Below are positions 37,806 to 46,843 of a stretch of DNA of 64,000 bases, piece after piece; position 1 is the first letter of the stretch, and each line of letters opens with the position of its first letter. The notes beneath the pieces were generated by a model that was not told the origin of the DNA, did no database searches, and worked only from the letters and a program-made list of their open reading frames with translations. The position numbers and the translations under genes are program-made. The stretch is from an uncultured Candidatus Binatia bacterium (lineage in GTDB: Bacteria > Desulfobacterota > Binatia > UBA9968 > JAJDTQ01). The stretch spans positions 2,464,001 through 2,528,000 of the forward strand of contig OZ243916.1 of NCBI GenBank assembly GCA_965213675.1, given 5' to 3'.

Positions 37806-38921
37806 CTAGAGCGTGACGACCACGTCCCGTCCGAAAATTAACCCTGCGGCTTCTGTCGCAGCCTTGATAAGGCTCATCTTCAGTCGATTATTGATGTGCG
37901 TTCCGACAAACCAGTTGCCAGGCAGCCTTTCATGCTGATCCTGAAAGTCCGGTCGCCCAGGATACAAGTCTTCGATGCGTTGAGCGATATAGTGACGTTT
38001 CCGGCCGTGGAAGGCTTGATGTTGAGAACAACGCTCGAGGAGGCCTGAGTCCTTCTTGGCAAGTTCGCTCAAGATAAGGATCATGGCCTCCTTGGCGTTT
38101 CTATAGGGTCTATTTTCCCCTAGAATGATCACCATGCCGTCGGTTGGCGAAATCGGTGTGCTCCGCTCCTCCATCGTCTGTGCCGACTGAGAACGGACTT
38201 TCCCGGAAGTCGTTTTTCGGCCAGGCGATGGCGACGAGTCTGGTTTGGATTCCAACGGAACAAGCCGGGCCAGGAAGTCGACAATGTCTTCGTTATCGGG
38301 TCGAACTCCTACCTTTGACTCGACAGCGTCCACAAGCAAATCCTTCAGCAACTCATCGCCTCTTTCGACGAGTTCCCTCCAGGCTTCGGGGATTGCTTGG
38401 CGTGCGCGCAACCGGCGATTCTTATCTCGATACTCCTTGCGAGCCTCATCCAGGGACCTCCCGGAAACGACTCTGTCGCGCTGAAGATAACGCTGCAGGA
38501 TCTGGACTGCTTCGTCGTTGGTCCGCTCGAACAGATCGAGCTTGAAGACGCGTCGTTCTTCATAGCTCCCCTGTTCAGCCGGTAGGTAAAAACTCCACGT
38601 CTGTCCATCTGTCAGGACGACAAATGGAACGCCGGAATGGAAGGCGTATTCCAACGCCTGTCGAACCCCGTCTTCTGCCTTGCCTTGTTGCTTCACTTCG
38701 ACAAAACATTTTGGCTTGGAGGGTGGGTCACAGAGTGCGAAATCGACCCTCCTCCCATCGCCCGTCGCAAACTCCGGCCAGACGATATTCGTGTCGTAGA
38801 CCTCCCAGTTCAGATCGTTCAGGATACGCAAGACGATCCCTTGAGAGATGGACTGCTCATTTGGGAAACGGCCGTCCCTGAGTTTCTGGCTAATATCCGT
38901 GAGCGTTGTTTGGAATTCCAT
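37806..38921 (-). CDS. PD-(D/E)xK (HsdR_N-like) nuclease fused to a SeqA C-terminal-like domain
   Basis: NEQ..., PEF...RVDFAL...FVEVK, QALEYA and LTDG.TW in the N-terminus; HGRKRHYIA...WFVGTHINNRLK in the C-terminus. Confidence 0.8.
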   Translation of the reverse strand: MEFQTTLTDISQKLRDGRFPNEQSISQGIVLRILNDLNWEVYDTNIVWPEFATGDGRRVDFALCDPPSKPKCFVEVKQQGKAEDGVRQALEYAFHSGVPFVVLTDGQTWSFYLPAEQGSYEERRVFKLDLFERTNDEAVQILQRYLQRDRVVSGRSLDEARKEYRDKNRRLRARQAIPEAWRELVERGDELLKDLLVDAVESKVGVRPDNEDIVDFLARLVPLESKPDSSPSPGRKTTSGKVRSQSAQTMEERSTPISPTDGMVIILGENRPYRNAKEAMILILSELAKKDSGLLERCSQHQAFHGRKRHYIAQRIEDLYPGRPDFQDQHERLPGNWFVGTHINNRLKMSLIKAATEAAGLIFGRDVVVTL

Positions 38922-39127
38922 GATCCTTTGAATGACGGCTTGGTCGTCTTGCAATGGTTCGCGTTCGTTTCGCCAGCGTTGGGCCAATGCTAGTCCATGT
39001 CGTTCCCCCATTCAAGCTCGTATGCGCATCGCAGAGCCACCGTCCGAGCCAGACACCACGAAGTAGGGTCTATCGGTGTCACCGTTGGCCGGTGTACGGG
39101 TCTCCGCCGCTCAACGACTATTGGCGC

Positions 39128-39156
39128 TTGACACTAATAGCACGGCGCGCTATGTA
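39128..39156 (+). promoter_or_regulatory. higBA promoter with operator palindrome
   Basis: TTGACA (39128-39133), 17 bp, TATGTA. The inverted repeat ATAGCACG-G-CGCGCTAT (39137-39153) overlaps the spacer and -10. Confidence 0.65.
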
Positions 39157-39161
39157 GTCCT

Positions 39162-39443
39162 GTAATCAAGAGTTTTCGCGACAAGGACACCCAAGCTATT
39201 GCAGGGCGGCGCCGGGTAGCCAGATTACCCTCGCGAATTCAGCGACGGGCGCAACAAAAACTCATGATCCTCAACAACGTGCGGGGCTTGAACGATCTTC
39301 GGGTGCCTCCCGGCAATCGGTCGGAGGCGCTCGCCGGCGATCGGAAGGTCCAGTACAGCATCCGTGTCAACGATCAATGGCGCCTGTGCTTTGTCTGGCG
39401 ACACGACGATGCCTATCGTGTGGAGTTGGTCGATTACCATTGA
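39162..39443 (+). pseudogene. higB: HigB-family (RelE/ParE) toxin with non-canonical first codon (GTA)
   Basis: Not in the ORF track. Reads (V)IKSFRDKDT...DLRVPPGNRSEALAGDRKVQYSIRVNDQWRLCFVW...VELVDYH*. The first codon is GTA and there is no nearby in-frame start. Confidence 0.8.
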
Positions 39444-39461
39444 CAGCGAGAGGCGAAAGCG

Positions 39462-39803
39462 ATGACCCGATCTCACAGGCCGCACCAAACGAAGCTCCCC
39501 CCTATTCATCCAGGGGAAATACTCAACGACGAATTTCTCCGTCCTTTGGGGATCACGCAGTACCGGCTCGCCAAGGGCATTGGCGTCGATGTTCGGCGGA
39601 TACATGCCATCGTTCATGGCCAGCGCTCCATTACGGCCGAGACGGCGCTGTTGTTGTCCCGATTCTTTCAGAACTCCGCGGAGTTCTGGATGGGGCTGCA
39701 GATTCAGTACGAACTTGAACTGGAGCAGGATCGACTTGCCGAGAAGCTGGCGCGGGTGGACCCGTATCCTCGCACCCAGGCTACACGGCCATCAGCAGAG
39801 TGA
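39462..39803 (+). CDS. higA: HigA-family antitoxin (HTH)
   Basis: PIHPGEILNDEFLRPLGITQYRLAK, ITAETAL and FWMGLQ motifs. Confidence 0.95.
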   Translation: MTRSHRPHQTKLPPIHPGEILNDEFLRPLGITQYRLAKGIGVDVRRIHAIVHGQRSITAETALLLSRFFQNSAEFWMGLQIQYELELEQDRLAEKLARVDPYPRTQATRPSAE

Positions 39804-39859
39804 GGCATGACGACCGGTGAACATCTTCCCGCGACGCCCGCGTTGGCCGGCGAACAAGT

Positions 39860-40014
39860 CGCAGAACTTCACCGGCGTGAGCACGCAGGGCGGCAAGGGC
39901 AACCAGGCGATACGTGAGTACATCGCGGCGGTCAGGAACCTTGAGCTTGCGGAGCAGGTCAAGGAAGATATCCTGGGGGGCACGGCCGCCCGGCTGCTGA
40001 AACTCGACGGCTGA
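39860..40014 (+). pseudogene. 3' remnant of an amidohydrolase gene
   Basis: QNFTGVSTQGGKGNQAIREYIAAVRNLELAEQVKEDILGGTAARLLKL parallels the C-terminus of the amidohydrolase at 43128 (KEKILGGNAMRLF). There is no upstream body. Confidence 0.6.
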
Positions 40015-40060
40015 AACCCCTGTCCGCCTAATTCCTGTCTGCCCAATGAACGGAGGTCCC

Positions 40061-40606
40061 ATGAAATACCTTGGACTCATTCTCTTGACCGTTCTCGTCG
40101 GCGCCCCTCTCGCCGGCCCCGCCGTAGCGGGCGAAACCGTGGAGGTCCTGCTGGTGGACCGCCTGGACGACCAGCGCGGCTTCTGCCTGGACATCCGCGG
40201 CTACAAGGAGCGCGCCAAGGTCGACAGGGGACTTCAGGCCCACAGTTGCTACAGCTATCAGGGCCAACTCGGCGTCGACCAGGGTTTCGACGGCGACGGC
40301 ATCAAGGCGGGGCGCTTCCACATGCCGGGGTTCGATGTTTGCATGACCGCGGGCGGGGCCGAGGCGGGGGCCGGGCTCGGGCTCGCCAAATGCGACGGCT
40401 CGCCGCCGCAGGGGTTCTCCATGACGTCCGAGGGTGCGATCATCGTCAAGAGCGCGCCCAAGCTGTGCGTGACGGTGGCGGGGGGCGAATCGAGGCAGGG
40501 AGGAGGCGGCCGGCCGCCGCATCTCATACGACGCCTGACCCTGGAGCCTTGTGACGAGAAAACCGCCAAGTACCAGCGGTGGCGGGTCCGCACCAAAGCG
40601 GACTAG
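40061..40606 (+). CDS. Secreted ricin-B (beta-trefoil) lectin-like protein
   Basis: GGAGG RBS and signal peptide; FCLDI, C..AHSC, LCVT and C...KYQRW repeats. Confidence 0.8.
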   Translation: MKYLGLILLTVLVGAPLAGPAVAGETVEVLLVDRLDDQRGFCLDIRGYKERAKVDRGLQAHSCYSYQGQLGVDQGFDGDGIKAGRFHMPGFDVCMTAGGAEAGAGLGLAKCDGSPPQGFSMTSEGAIIVKSAPKLCVTVAGGESRQGGGGRPPHLIRRLTLEPCDEKTAKYQRWRVRTKAD

Positions 40607-40618
40607 CAGCACAACGAC

Positions 40619-40645
40619 GAAGGGCGGGTTTCAAACCCGCCCTTC
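40619..40645. repeat. REP-like palindrome between convergent genes
   Basis: GAAGGGCGGGTTT-C-AAACCCGCCCTTC is a perfect inverted repeat; a related hairpin lies at 59405-59433. Confidence 0.7.
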
Positions 40646-40696
40646 CCCTAACCGACACCAACCCCCGCCGCTGGGAGGGGGCGAACTCGTCGATCC

Positions 40697-41773
40697 CTAC
40701 TGCAGCCCGAACAGCGTCTTCGGGTTATCGTCGATGATCTTCTCGTACTGAGGCGCGGTAATGCTGCCGAGCTCCTTGAGGTTGCGCAGCGCCTCGATTT
40801 CGGTGGACTGGTCATTGTGGCCGTAGTCGGTGCCGATGACGATGTTGTCTTCGCCGGAATACTTGAAGATGTAGTCCACGTCGTCGTCAGTCTGGCACGA
40901 CACGTACTGCCGGTATTCCTTGAGGGGGTTGTCCGGAAAGTCCTTGTTCTGGGCGCCCCAGCGGCGTTTCAGGTCCTTGACGACGTAGGGTACCCAGAGG
41001 GCCGCGGCCTCGGCCCAGTGGAAACGAAGCTTGGGAAACATCTTGGGGATCTCGCCCATAATCACCGAGTGGAACGCACCGATGACGGGGATGCGGAACT
41101 TCCAGAAGCTGCCGCCACCGTTGTACTGGGACACGAGGTCCTCTTCCTGCGGGTTGCCGTTTCCGACGTGCACGCCCACGGCCATGTCAAGCTCGCTCAT
41201 CTTCTCGTACAGGGGATAGAAGTAGGGGTCGGTGAGAAGGCGGCGCCCCTCGATGCCGCGCATGAAGACCCCGCAGGCGCCGTTCTGCTTGCAGAACTCC
41301 AGCTCCTCCAGAGACGCGCTCATGTCCAGCAGCGGCAGCACGCAGATCCACCGTAGCCGGCCCTTCCCTTGCTGGTGGATGTCCGCCAGCCAGCGGTTGT
41401 AGCCCTTGCAAATGGGGATCTCCCACTCGGGCTTCTCGGTGATCTGCTCGATGAAAATAGTCGGATAGAGCACCTGGATGTCGATACCGAGCTCGTCCAT
41501 GTGCTTGACCCGAGCGTCCACGTTCTCCATCTCGCGGGTTTCCTGCGGCGTGAACATCACCCGGCCGGTACGGTCGGCGACCTCGTCGAGCTCATGAGCG
41601 GTCATGACGATCCGCACCAGGCCGCGGATCTTGCCGTCGATGAACCAGTACTCGCCTCCCTGGTCGCCGCTCGGCTTGACGACGATGGGACGGTACTTCT
41701 GATCGGCCGCGTCCATGTAGTCCCAGGTCCGTTCGGACTCGACGACGTGAGCGTCGGCATCGATGGTCGGCAT
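40697..41773 (-). CDS. Amidohydrolase_2-family protein
   Basis: IDADAH, VHVG and GTDYGHND motifs; AGGAGGT RBS. Confidence 0.93.
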   Translation of the reverse strand: MPTIDADAHVVESERTWDYMDAADQKYRPIVVKPSGDQGGEYWFIDGKIRGLVRIVMTAHELDEVADRTGRVMFTPQETREMENVDARVKHMDELGIDIQVLYPTIFIEQITEKPEWEIPICKGYNRWLADIHQQGKGRLRWICVLPLLDMSASLEELEFCKQNGACGVFMRGIEGRRLLTDPYFYPLYEKMSELDMAVGVHVGNGNPQEEDLVSQYNGGGSFWKFRIPVIGAFHSVIMGEIPKMFPKLRFHWAEAAALWVPYVVKDLKRRWGAQNKDFPDNPLKEYRQYVSCQTDDDVDYIFKYSGEDNIVIGTDYGHNDQSTEIEALRNLKELGSITAPQYEKIIDDNPKTLFGLQ

Positions 41774-42002
41774 GGTCAATACCTCCTGAACAGGATGGAG
41801 ATGTTCGAGATCTTCGCGTGATGTATTCGTACGCTGATTAACACCTTTTCAACGGCGGAACCAGCAGAAACGACGGCCCCCGGTCCCTTGACAAACAACC
41901 CCTCGGCAACTACTCACGAGACTGCGAAGCAGCCGATCCGTGCGGCATCACGGCCTTCAGGCCGGCACGGCTTCCGGGCCGTATGACGGAAAGGAAAGCG
42001 CC

Positions 42003-43100
42003 ATGCCAACCAAGTCCCGGGCCGCAATCCTGGTCGAATCGCGCAAGCCCCTGGTGGTGGACGAGGTCACGCTCCCGGATCCCGCACCGGATCAGGTGCT
42101 GGTGAAACTCTACGCCAGCGGCATCTGCCACTCCCAACTCCATCAGATCCAGCGCTCACCCGATGAGCAGCGCTCCAAGCTGCCGGCGCTCCTGGGGCAC
42201 GAATCCACCGGCGTGGTGGTGGCCAAGGGCCGCGACGTGAACCACGTGAAGGAAGGCGACCCGGTCTTCACCACCTGGGTGGACCGGAACGCCCCGGAGT
42301 CGCCGCTCCCGCCCGTGTCCCACGCTCTCAACATGCGACCGGCCATCCCGGCCACTTGGCGGGAACAGTCCATCTGGGCGTCGGCGTCCACCTGGGCGGA
42401 GCACCTGGTGGCCTCCGAGCGCGTGGTGCTTCCCATGGACGACGACGTGGACACCGACGTGACCTCCATCATCGGCTGCGCGGTCACCACCGGTTCGGGA
42501 GCCATCATCAACACGCTGAAGGTGAGGCCGGGACAGTCGGTGGCCGTCTACGGCGTGGGCGGCATCGGCATGTGCGCCATCTCGGCCGCGGCGGTGGTGG
42601 ACGCCTACCCGCTCATCGCGGTGGACCTGGACGACGGGAAGCTGGAGTTCGCCAAGAGCTTCGGCGCCACCCACTGCATCAACGCAAGCAAGGTGGACGC
42701 GGTGGAAGCCATCACGGAACTCACGGGCGGCGGCGCGGACTACGCCCTGGACGCGGTGGGCCATCCCACCACCCAGGAACAGATCCTGCGCTCCGTGCGC
42801 ACAGGCGCTCCCGGACTCGAGCGTGGCGGCACCGCGCTGCTCATCGGCCTGCCGCCCCCGGGGGCGACCCCGCTAATCAATACCAACCTGTTCGCCGGAG
42901 GCCGCTACTTCACCCGCACCCACGCCGGCGACTGCCTCCCGGATCGCGACTTCCCGACCTTTGTCCGCTGGTACCGCGAGGGCAAGCTCAAGCTCGACGA
43001 CCTGGTGACACGCCGCTACAGCCTGGACCAAGTCAACGAAGCGGTGGCCGACCTGGAGGAAGGGAGAATACTGGGGCGGGCCATCTTCACGTATTCGTGA
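42003..43100 (+). CDS. Zn-dependent alcohol dehydrogenase (MDR family)
   Basis: GICHS, GHE, GCAVTTG and GVGGIG motifs; the structural-Zn Cys cluster is absent. Confidence 0.92.
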   Translation: MPTKSRAAILVESRKPLVVDEVTLPDPAPDQVLVKLYASGICHSQLHQIQRSPDEQRSKLPALLGHESTGVVVAKGRDVNHVKEGDPVFTTWVDRNAPESPLPPVSHALNMRPAIPATWREQSIWASASTWAEHLVASERVVLPMDDDVDTDVTSIIGCAVTTGSGAIINTLKVRPGQSVAVYGVGGIGMCAISAAAVVDAYPLIAVDLDDGKLEFAKSFGATHCINASKVDAVEAITELTGGGADYALDAVGHPTTQEQILRSVRTGAPGLERGGTALLIGLPPPGATPLINTNLFAGGRYFTRTHAGDCLPDRDFPTFVRWYREGKLKLDDLVTRRYSLDQVNEAVADLEEGRILGRAIFTYS

Positions 43101-43127
43101 GTCATAGTCCGCTTTCGGAGGACCGAC

Positions 43128-44168
43128 ATGTACATCGACTGCGACACCCACTATTTCCCGGTGAAGTTCCTGGAAGGGATCAGCGACCAATACCCCGACT
43201 CCCCGCGGGTGGTGCGGAAGGGCGACGAGGTCAAGTCCGTGCTGCCGGACGGGACACTCATCAAGAACCAGGCGCCCAAGGGACGCTGGGATCTGGACGT
43301 ACGGGTGGCGCAGGCCGACTTCGAAGGCTTCGACAAGCACGTGCTCATCCCGGAGAACCGGGAGCTCCTGTACACCTGGGACCGGGACCTGGGTTGCGAG
43401 CTGGCCCGCCGCTACAACGACGCGGTGGCCCAGGACCTGGCGGAATGCGCCCATCCCGAGCGCTACATCGGCGTCGGCTGGGTGTTCCTGCCGGACGTGG
43501 AGGAGTCCTGCAAGGAGCTGGACCGGATGGTGAACCAACTCGGCATCAAGGCCGTGAAGTTCATGGGCGGCTTCGAGGACGCCAACCTGGGAGCGGAGCG
43601 GCTGTGGCCGGTCTACGACAAGGTGTGTCAACTCGACATCCCGATCCTGGTCCATGACACGGCGTCGGACCGCCAGGATCATCCCAACCCGGCGCTGGTG
43701 GGCATCGAGCAGCTCTTTCTGGAGGCCGACAACAACGCCTTGCCCTTCCTGCTGGCATTCCCGTTCCGCTACATCGTGGACATGGGCAGCCTGATCCTGC
43801 GCGGCGCCCTCAAGGAGTTTCCCGACCTGCGCATCTGCTTCGTGGAAGGCTCCGCCGCCTTCGTGCCCTGGCTCATGAACCGCCTGGACATGGACCCCAA
43901 CGGCCGCAAGAAGCTGGGCAAGGACCCCAGCGAGTTCTTCAGCCAGATCTGGGTGTCGGCCTTCGCCGCCGAGACCTCCATCCGCTACGCCTGCGACTTC
44001 TGGAAGGACCACAATCTGACCGTGGGCAGCGACTACCCGCACAACGACCCGTCGGGCACCTGGAAGGAAGGAACGGTGCGGATGGTGCGGGATCTCGAGG
44101 GCATCTCGGACGACGACAAGGAAAAGATCCTGGGCGGCAACGCCATGCGGCTTTTCGGGATGGCGTAG
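43128..44168 (+). CDS. Amidohydrolase_2-family protein
   Basis: IDCDTH, LVH, GSDYPHND and ILGGNAMRLF motifs. Confidence 0.93.
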   Translation: MYIDCDTHYFPVKFLEGISDQYPDSPRVVRKGDEVKSVLPDGTLIKNQAPKGRWDLDVRVAQADFEGFDKHVLIPENRELLYTWDRDLGCELARRYNDAVAQDLAECAHPERYIGVGWVFLPDVEESCKELDRMVNQLGIKAVKFMGGFEDANLGAERLWPVYDKVCQLDIPILVHDTASDRQDHPNPALVGIEQLFLEADNNALPFLLAFPFRYIVDMGSLILRGALKEFPDLRICFVEGSAAFVPWLMNRLDMDPNGRKKLGKDPSEFFSQIWVSAFAAETSIRYACDFWKDHNLTVGSDYPHNDPSGTWKEGTVRMVRDLEGISDDDKEKILGGNAMRLFGMA

Positions 44169-44270
44169 ACGGGCGGTCTCGCCTTCGACCGTGCAACTCT
44201 ACCGTGGGAGGCGACGGAACGCCGCCGCCCGCCCGCGGCCCTGATCAACCCCCTGAGCGAAAGGACCACC

Positions 44271-45272
44271 GTGCTCTTCTCAATACATGTCCCGGCCCGG
44301 AACGCGGAAGAGATCACCCGCCGCGCCGTGGCCGCCGAAGCCTTGGGCTTCCATGCCATGTTCTTCGCCGACGGCCACCTGAACAACCTGGACGGGTTTC
44401 AGGCCATGACCGTGTGCGCGCTCCGGACGGAGGGGCTCCGTTTCGGTATCGCCGCAACCACCATGGCCTACCGCGATCCCACGACATTGGCCCTGTCCGC
44501 GGCCACGTCCAACGAGTTCTCGGCCGGACGGGCCATCCTGGGCCTGGCGACCGGCGACGGTTCCACCTACCGGCTTGGGCGCAAGGCAACGCGGCTGGCG
44601 GACTTCGCCGCCGGACTGGCCAACATCCGCGAACTACTGGGAGGGCGCTCCATCGAGGTTCCCCGGGGCGAAGAAGGCGCCGGCGCGGCCTCCCTCAACG
44701 CAGGCAGGCTTCCGGTGCCGGTTTACGTGGCCTCGGTGGGTCCCCGGAGCCTGCGGGTGGCCGGACGTTACGCCGACGGCATCATGCTGGGCACGGGGTT
44801 CGACCTCGACGTGCTGGAGTGGGCGCAGGCCCACGTCGCTGCCGGCGCCCGTGAAGACGGCCGGGACCTGTCCGACATCGACATCGCCATGGCGGGCATG
44901 ATCTGTGTCGACCGTGACGGCGACCGCGCCCGCCAACGGGTGCGCCCACGCCTGGTCAACCGCGTCCATCACAACTTCCGCTTCACGACGGAGACCGTGC
45001 CGCCGGACGAGTTGGCCGGAGTCAAGCGTTTCATGGCCGGTTTCGACATCAGCAAGCCGCTGGAGGAGCGGGCGGACCCCACGCTCATCACCGACTACAT
45101 GCTGCGCCGCTTCGCCATCACCGGCACCCCGGAGGAGTGTTTGACCCGCGTCCGCGAACTGGCCGAAGCCGGCGTGAAACATCTGCTCCTGACGCCGCCC
45201 ATGCGTGTGCTCGACGAGGTCATGGACCTCTGGGGACGCGAAGTCATTCCGGCATGCGCCGACTTGAGTTAG
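44271..45272 (+). CDS. LLM-class (F420/flavin) oxidoreductase
   Basis: AEALGF, GRAILGLATGD and PVYVASVGPRSLRVAGRYADG motifs. Confidence 0.9.
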   Translation: MLFSIHVPARNAEEITRRAVAAEALGFHAMFFADGHLNNLDGFQAMTVCALRTEGLRFGIAATTMAYRDPTTLALSAATSNEFSAGRAILGLATGDGSTYRLGRKATRLADFAAGLANIRELLGGRSIEVPRGEEGAGAASLNAGRLPVPVYVASVGPRSLRVAGRYADGIMLGTGFDLDVLEWAQAHVAAGAREDGRDLSDIDIAMAGMICVDRDGDRARQRVRPRLVNRVHHNFRFTTETVPPDELAGVKRFMAGFDISKPLEERADPTLITDYMLRRFAITGTPEECLTRVRELAEAGVKHLLLTPPMRVLDEVMDLWGREVIPACADLS

Positions 45273-45413
45273 TGTCGTGTCCCGGAAATTCCTGGGACAA
45301 GTTGCACGGGGATCTTTGAGGTCGGCGACGCGCGATGACGTGTAGGGGCGACCGGCGGCCGCCCTTTGAAAGGAACCCCATGCCCGATCTGGACCCCGCA
45401 ACCCTCACCATCG
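45272..45413 (+). repeat. 142-bp direct repeat, copy 1 (IS630-like end, GTAG REP-like hairpin, amidase RBS and first 11 codons)
   Basis: Aligns with 48052-48192 with 3 substitutions and one 1-bp indel. Confidence 0.95.
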
Positions 45414-46843
45414 CGAACCTGGCCCCGCGCATCGCTGCCCGCGAGGTCTCGCCCGTGGAAGTGACCACCTGCTACCTGGAGCGGATTGCGCGTCTCAATC
45501 CCACGCTCAACGCCTACAGCACCGTCATGGAAGAGGACGCCATGGATGCGGCGCGGCAAGCCGAGGCCGAGATCGCCGGCGGCAACCATCGCGGCCCGCT
45601 CCACGGCGTGCCCGTATCCATCAAGGACAACATAGCGGTTCGAGGCTACCCCACCACCGCCGGCAGCAAGATTCTCGCGGACTGGAAGCCCGACTTCGAC
45701 GCCGGCGTGGTGACGCGGCTGCGGCAGGCCGGGGCCATCGTCCTGGGCAAGAACAACATGCACGAGTGGGCCGGCGGCGGCACCACCATGAATCCCTATT
45801 TCGGCGCCACCCACAACCCCTGGGACACCAGCCGGGTGCCGGGCGGTTCCAGCGGCGGCTCCGCCGCCGCCGTCGCCGCGGACCTGTGCCTCATCTCCAT
45901 CGGCACCGACAACGCCGGCTCGGTACGCAACCCCGCCGCCTGGTGCGGCACCGTGGGCCTCAAGGCCACCTACGGCCGCGTCAGCCGCTACGGCGGCGTT
46001 GCCGGCACCGGCGGCTTCTCGTCCGACCACTTCGGCCCCTTCACCAAGACGGTGGAGGACTGCGCCCTGGTGCTGGCCGCCATCGCCGGGGAGGATCCCA
46101 ACGACCCGCTGACCTCTCCCGAACCCGTGCCCGACTACCGCGAAGGCCTGCGCAACGCCGTCGCCGGCATGAAGGTTGGCGTCATCGACAGCTACTTCGA
46201 CGAGCTGATGGTGGACGAGGTGGCCAAGGGGTTCCGGGACGCTCTCGCCGCCTTGGAATCCCTGGGCATGCAGGTCAAGGACATCACCATCCCCCACATG
46301 GATGCGGTCCCCGCCGTCCAGACCGCCACCAGCCGCTGCGAGAACGTCGTGGCCCACGAACCCTACCTGCGCAAGCAGCCCCGGGGCTACAGCCGTGAGT
46401 TGTTGCACCGGAACATCGCCTCCCTCACCATCACCGCCTCGACCTACGTCACCTCCCAGCGTGTGCGGCGCGTCATCTGCCGCGAGTTCGAGGAAGCCCT
46501 CCAGGACGTGCAGGTGATCGTCGCCCCCACCGTCGGCATCGCCGCGCCCACCATCGAGGAATGCCAACAGGGCTTCGCCGAAATCGACGGCCGCCGGATC
46601 CCCTTCCGCCACCCCAGCGGCAGCATCGGCACCCGCTGCACCATCCCGTTCAACGTCACCGGGCTGCCGGTGCTGAGCGTATGCTGCGGGTTTAGCGCCG
46701 CCGGGTTGCCGCTAGGACTGCAAATCGTGGGGGCGTGCTTTCAGGAGAGTTTGGTGTTTCAGGTGGCCCACGCCTATGAGCAGGCGGTTAGGTGGTATGA
46801 AAGGAAACCGAAGGGGATCCCAGCCTGCCTACGCACACAATGA
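45380..46843 (+). CDS. Amidase-signature family enzyme (GatA-like)
   Basis: GPLHGVPVSIKD, GGSSGGS and GTDNAGSVRNPA give the Ser-cisSer-Lys triad. Confidence 0.93.
   Translation: MPDLDPATLTIANLAPRIAAREVSPVEVTTCYLERIARLNPTLNAYSTVMEEDAMDAARQAEAEIAGGNHRGPLHGVPVSIKDNIAVRGYPTTAGSKILADWKPDFDAGVVTRLRQAGAIVLGKNNMHEWAGGGTTMNPYFGATHNPWDTSRVPGGSSGGSAAAVAADLCLISIGTDNAGSVRNPAAWCGTVGLKATYGRVSRYGGVAGTGGFSSDHFGPFTKTVEDCALVLAAIAGEDPNDPLTSPEPVPDYREGLRNAVAGMKVGVIDSYFDELMVDEVAKGFRDALAALESLGMQVKDITIPHMDAVPAVQTATSRCENVVAHEPYLRKQPRGYSRELLHRNIASLTITASTYVTSQRVRRVICREFEEALQDVQVIVAPTVGIAAPTIEECQQGFAEIDGRRIPFRHPSGSIGTRCTIPFNVTGLPVLSVCCGFSAAGLPLGLQIVGACFQESLVFQVAHAYEQAVRWYERKPKGIPACLRTQ

Noticed and set aside
45380-46843. 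gatA (Glu-tRNA amidotransferase subunit A)
   Set aside because: No gatB/gatC nearby and the signature is divergent (GTDNAGS), so a generic amidase is more likely.
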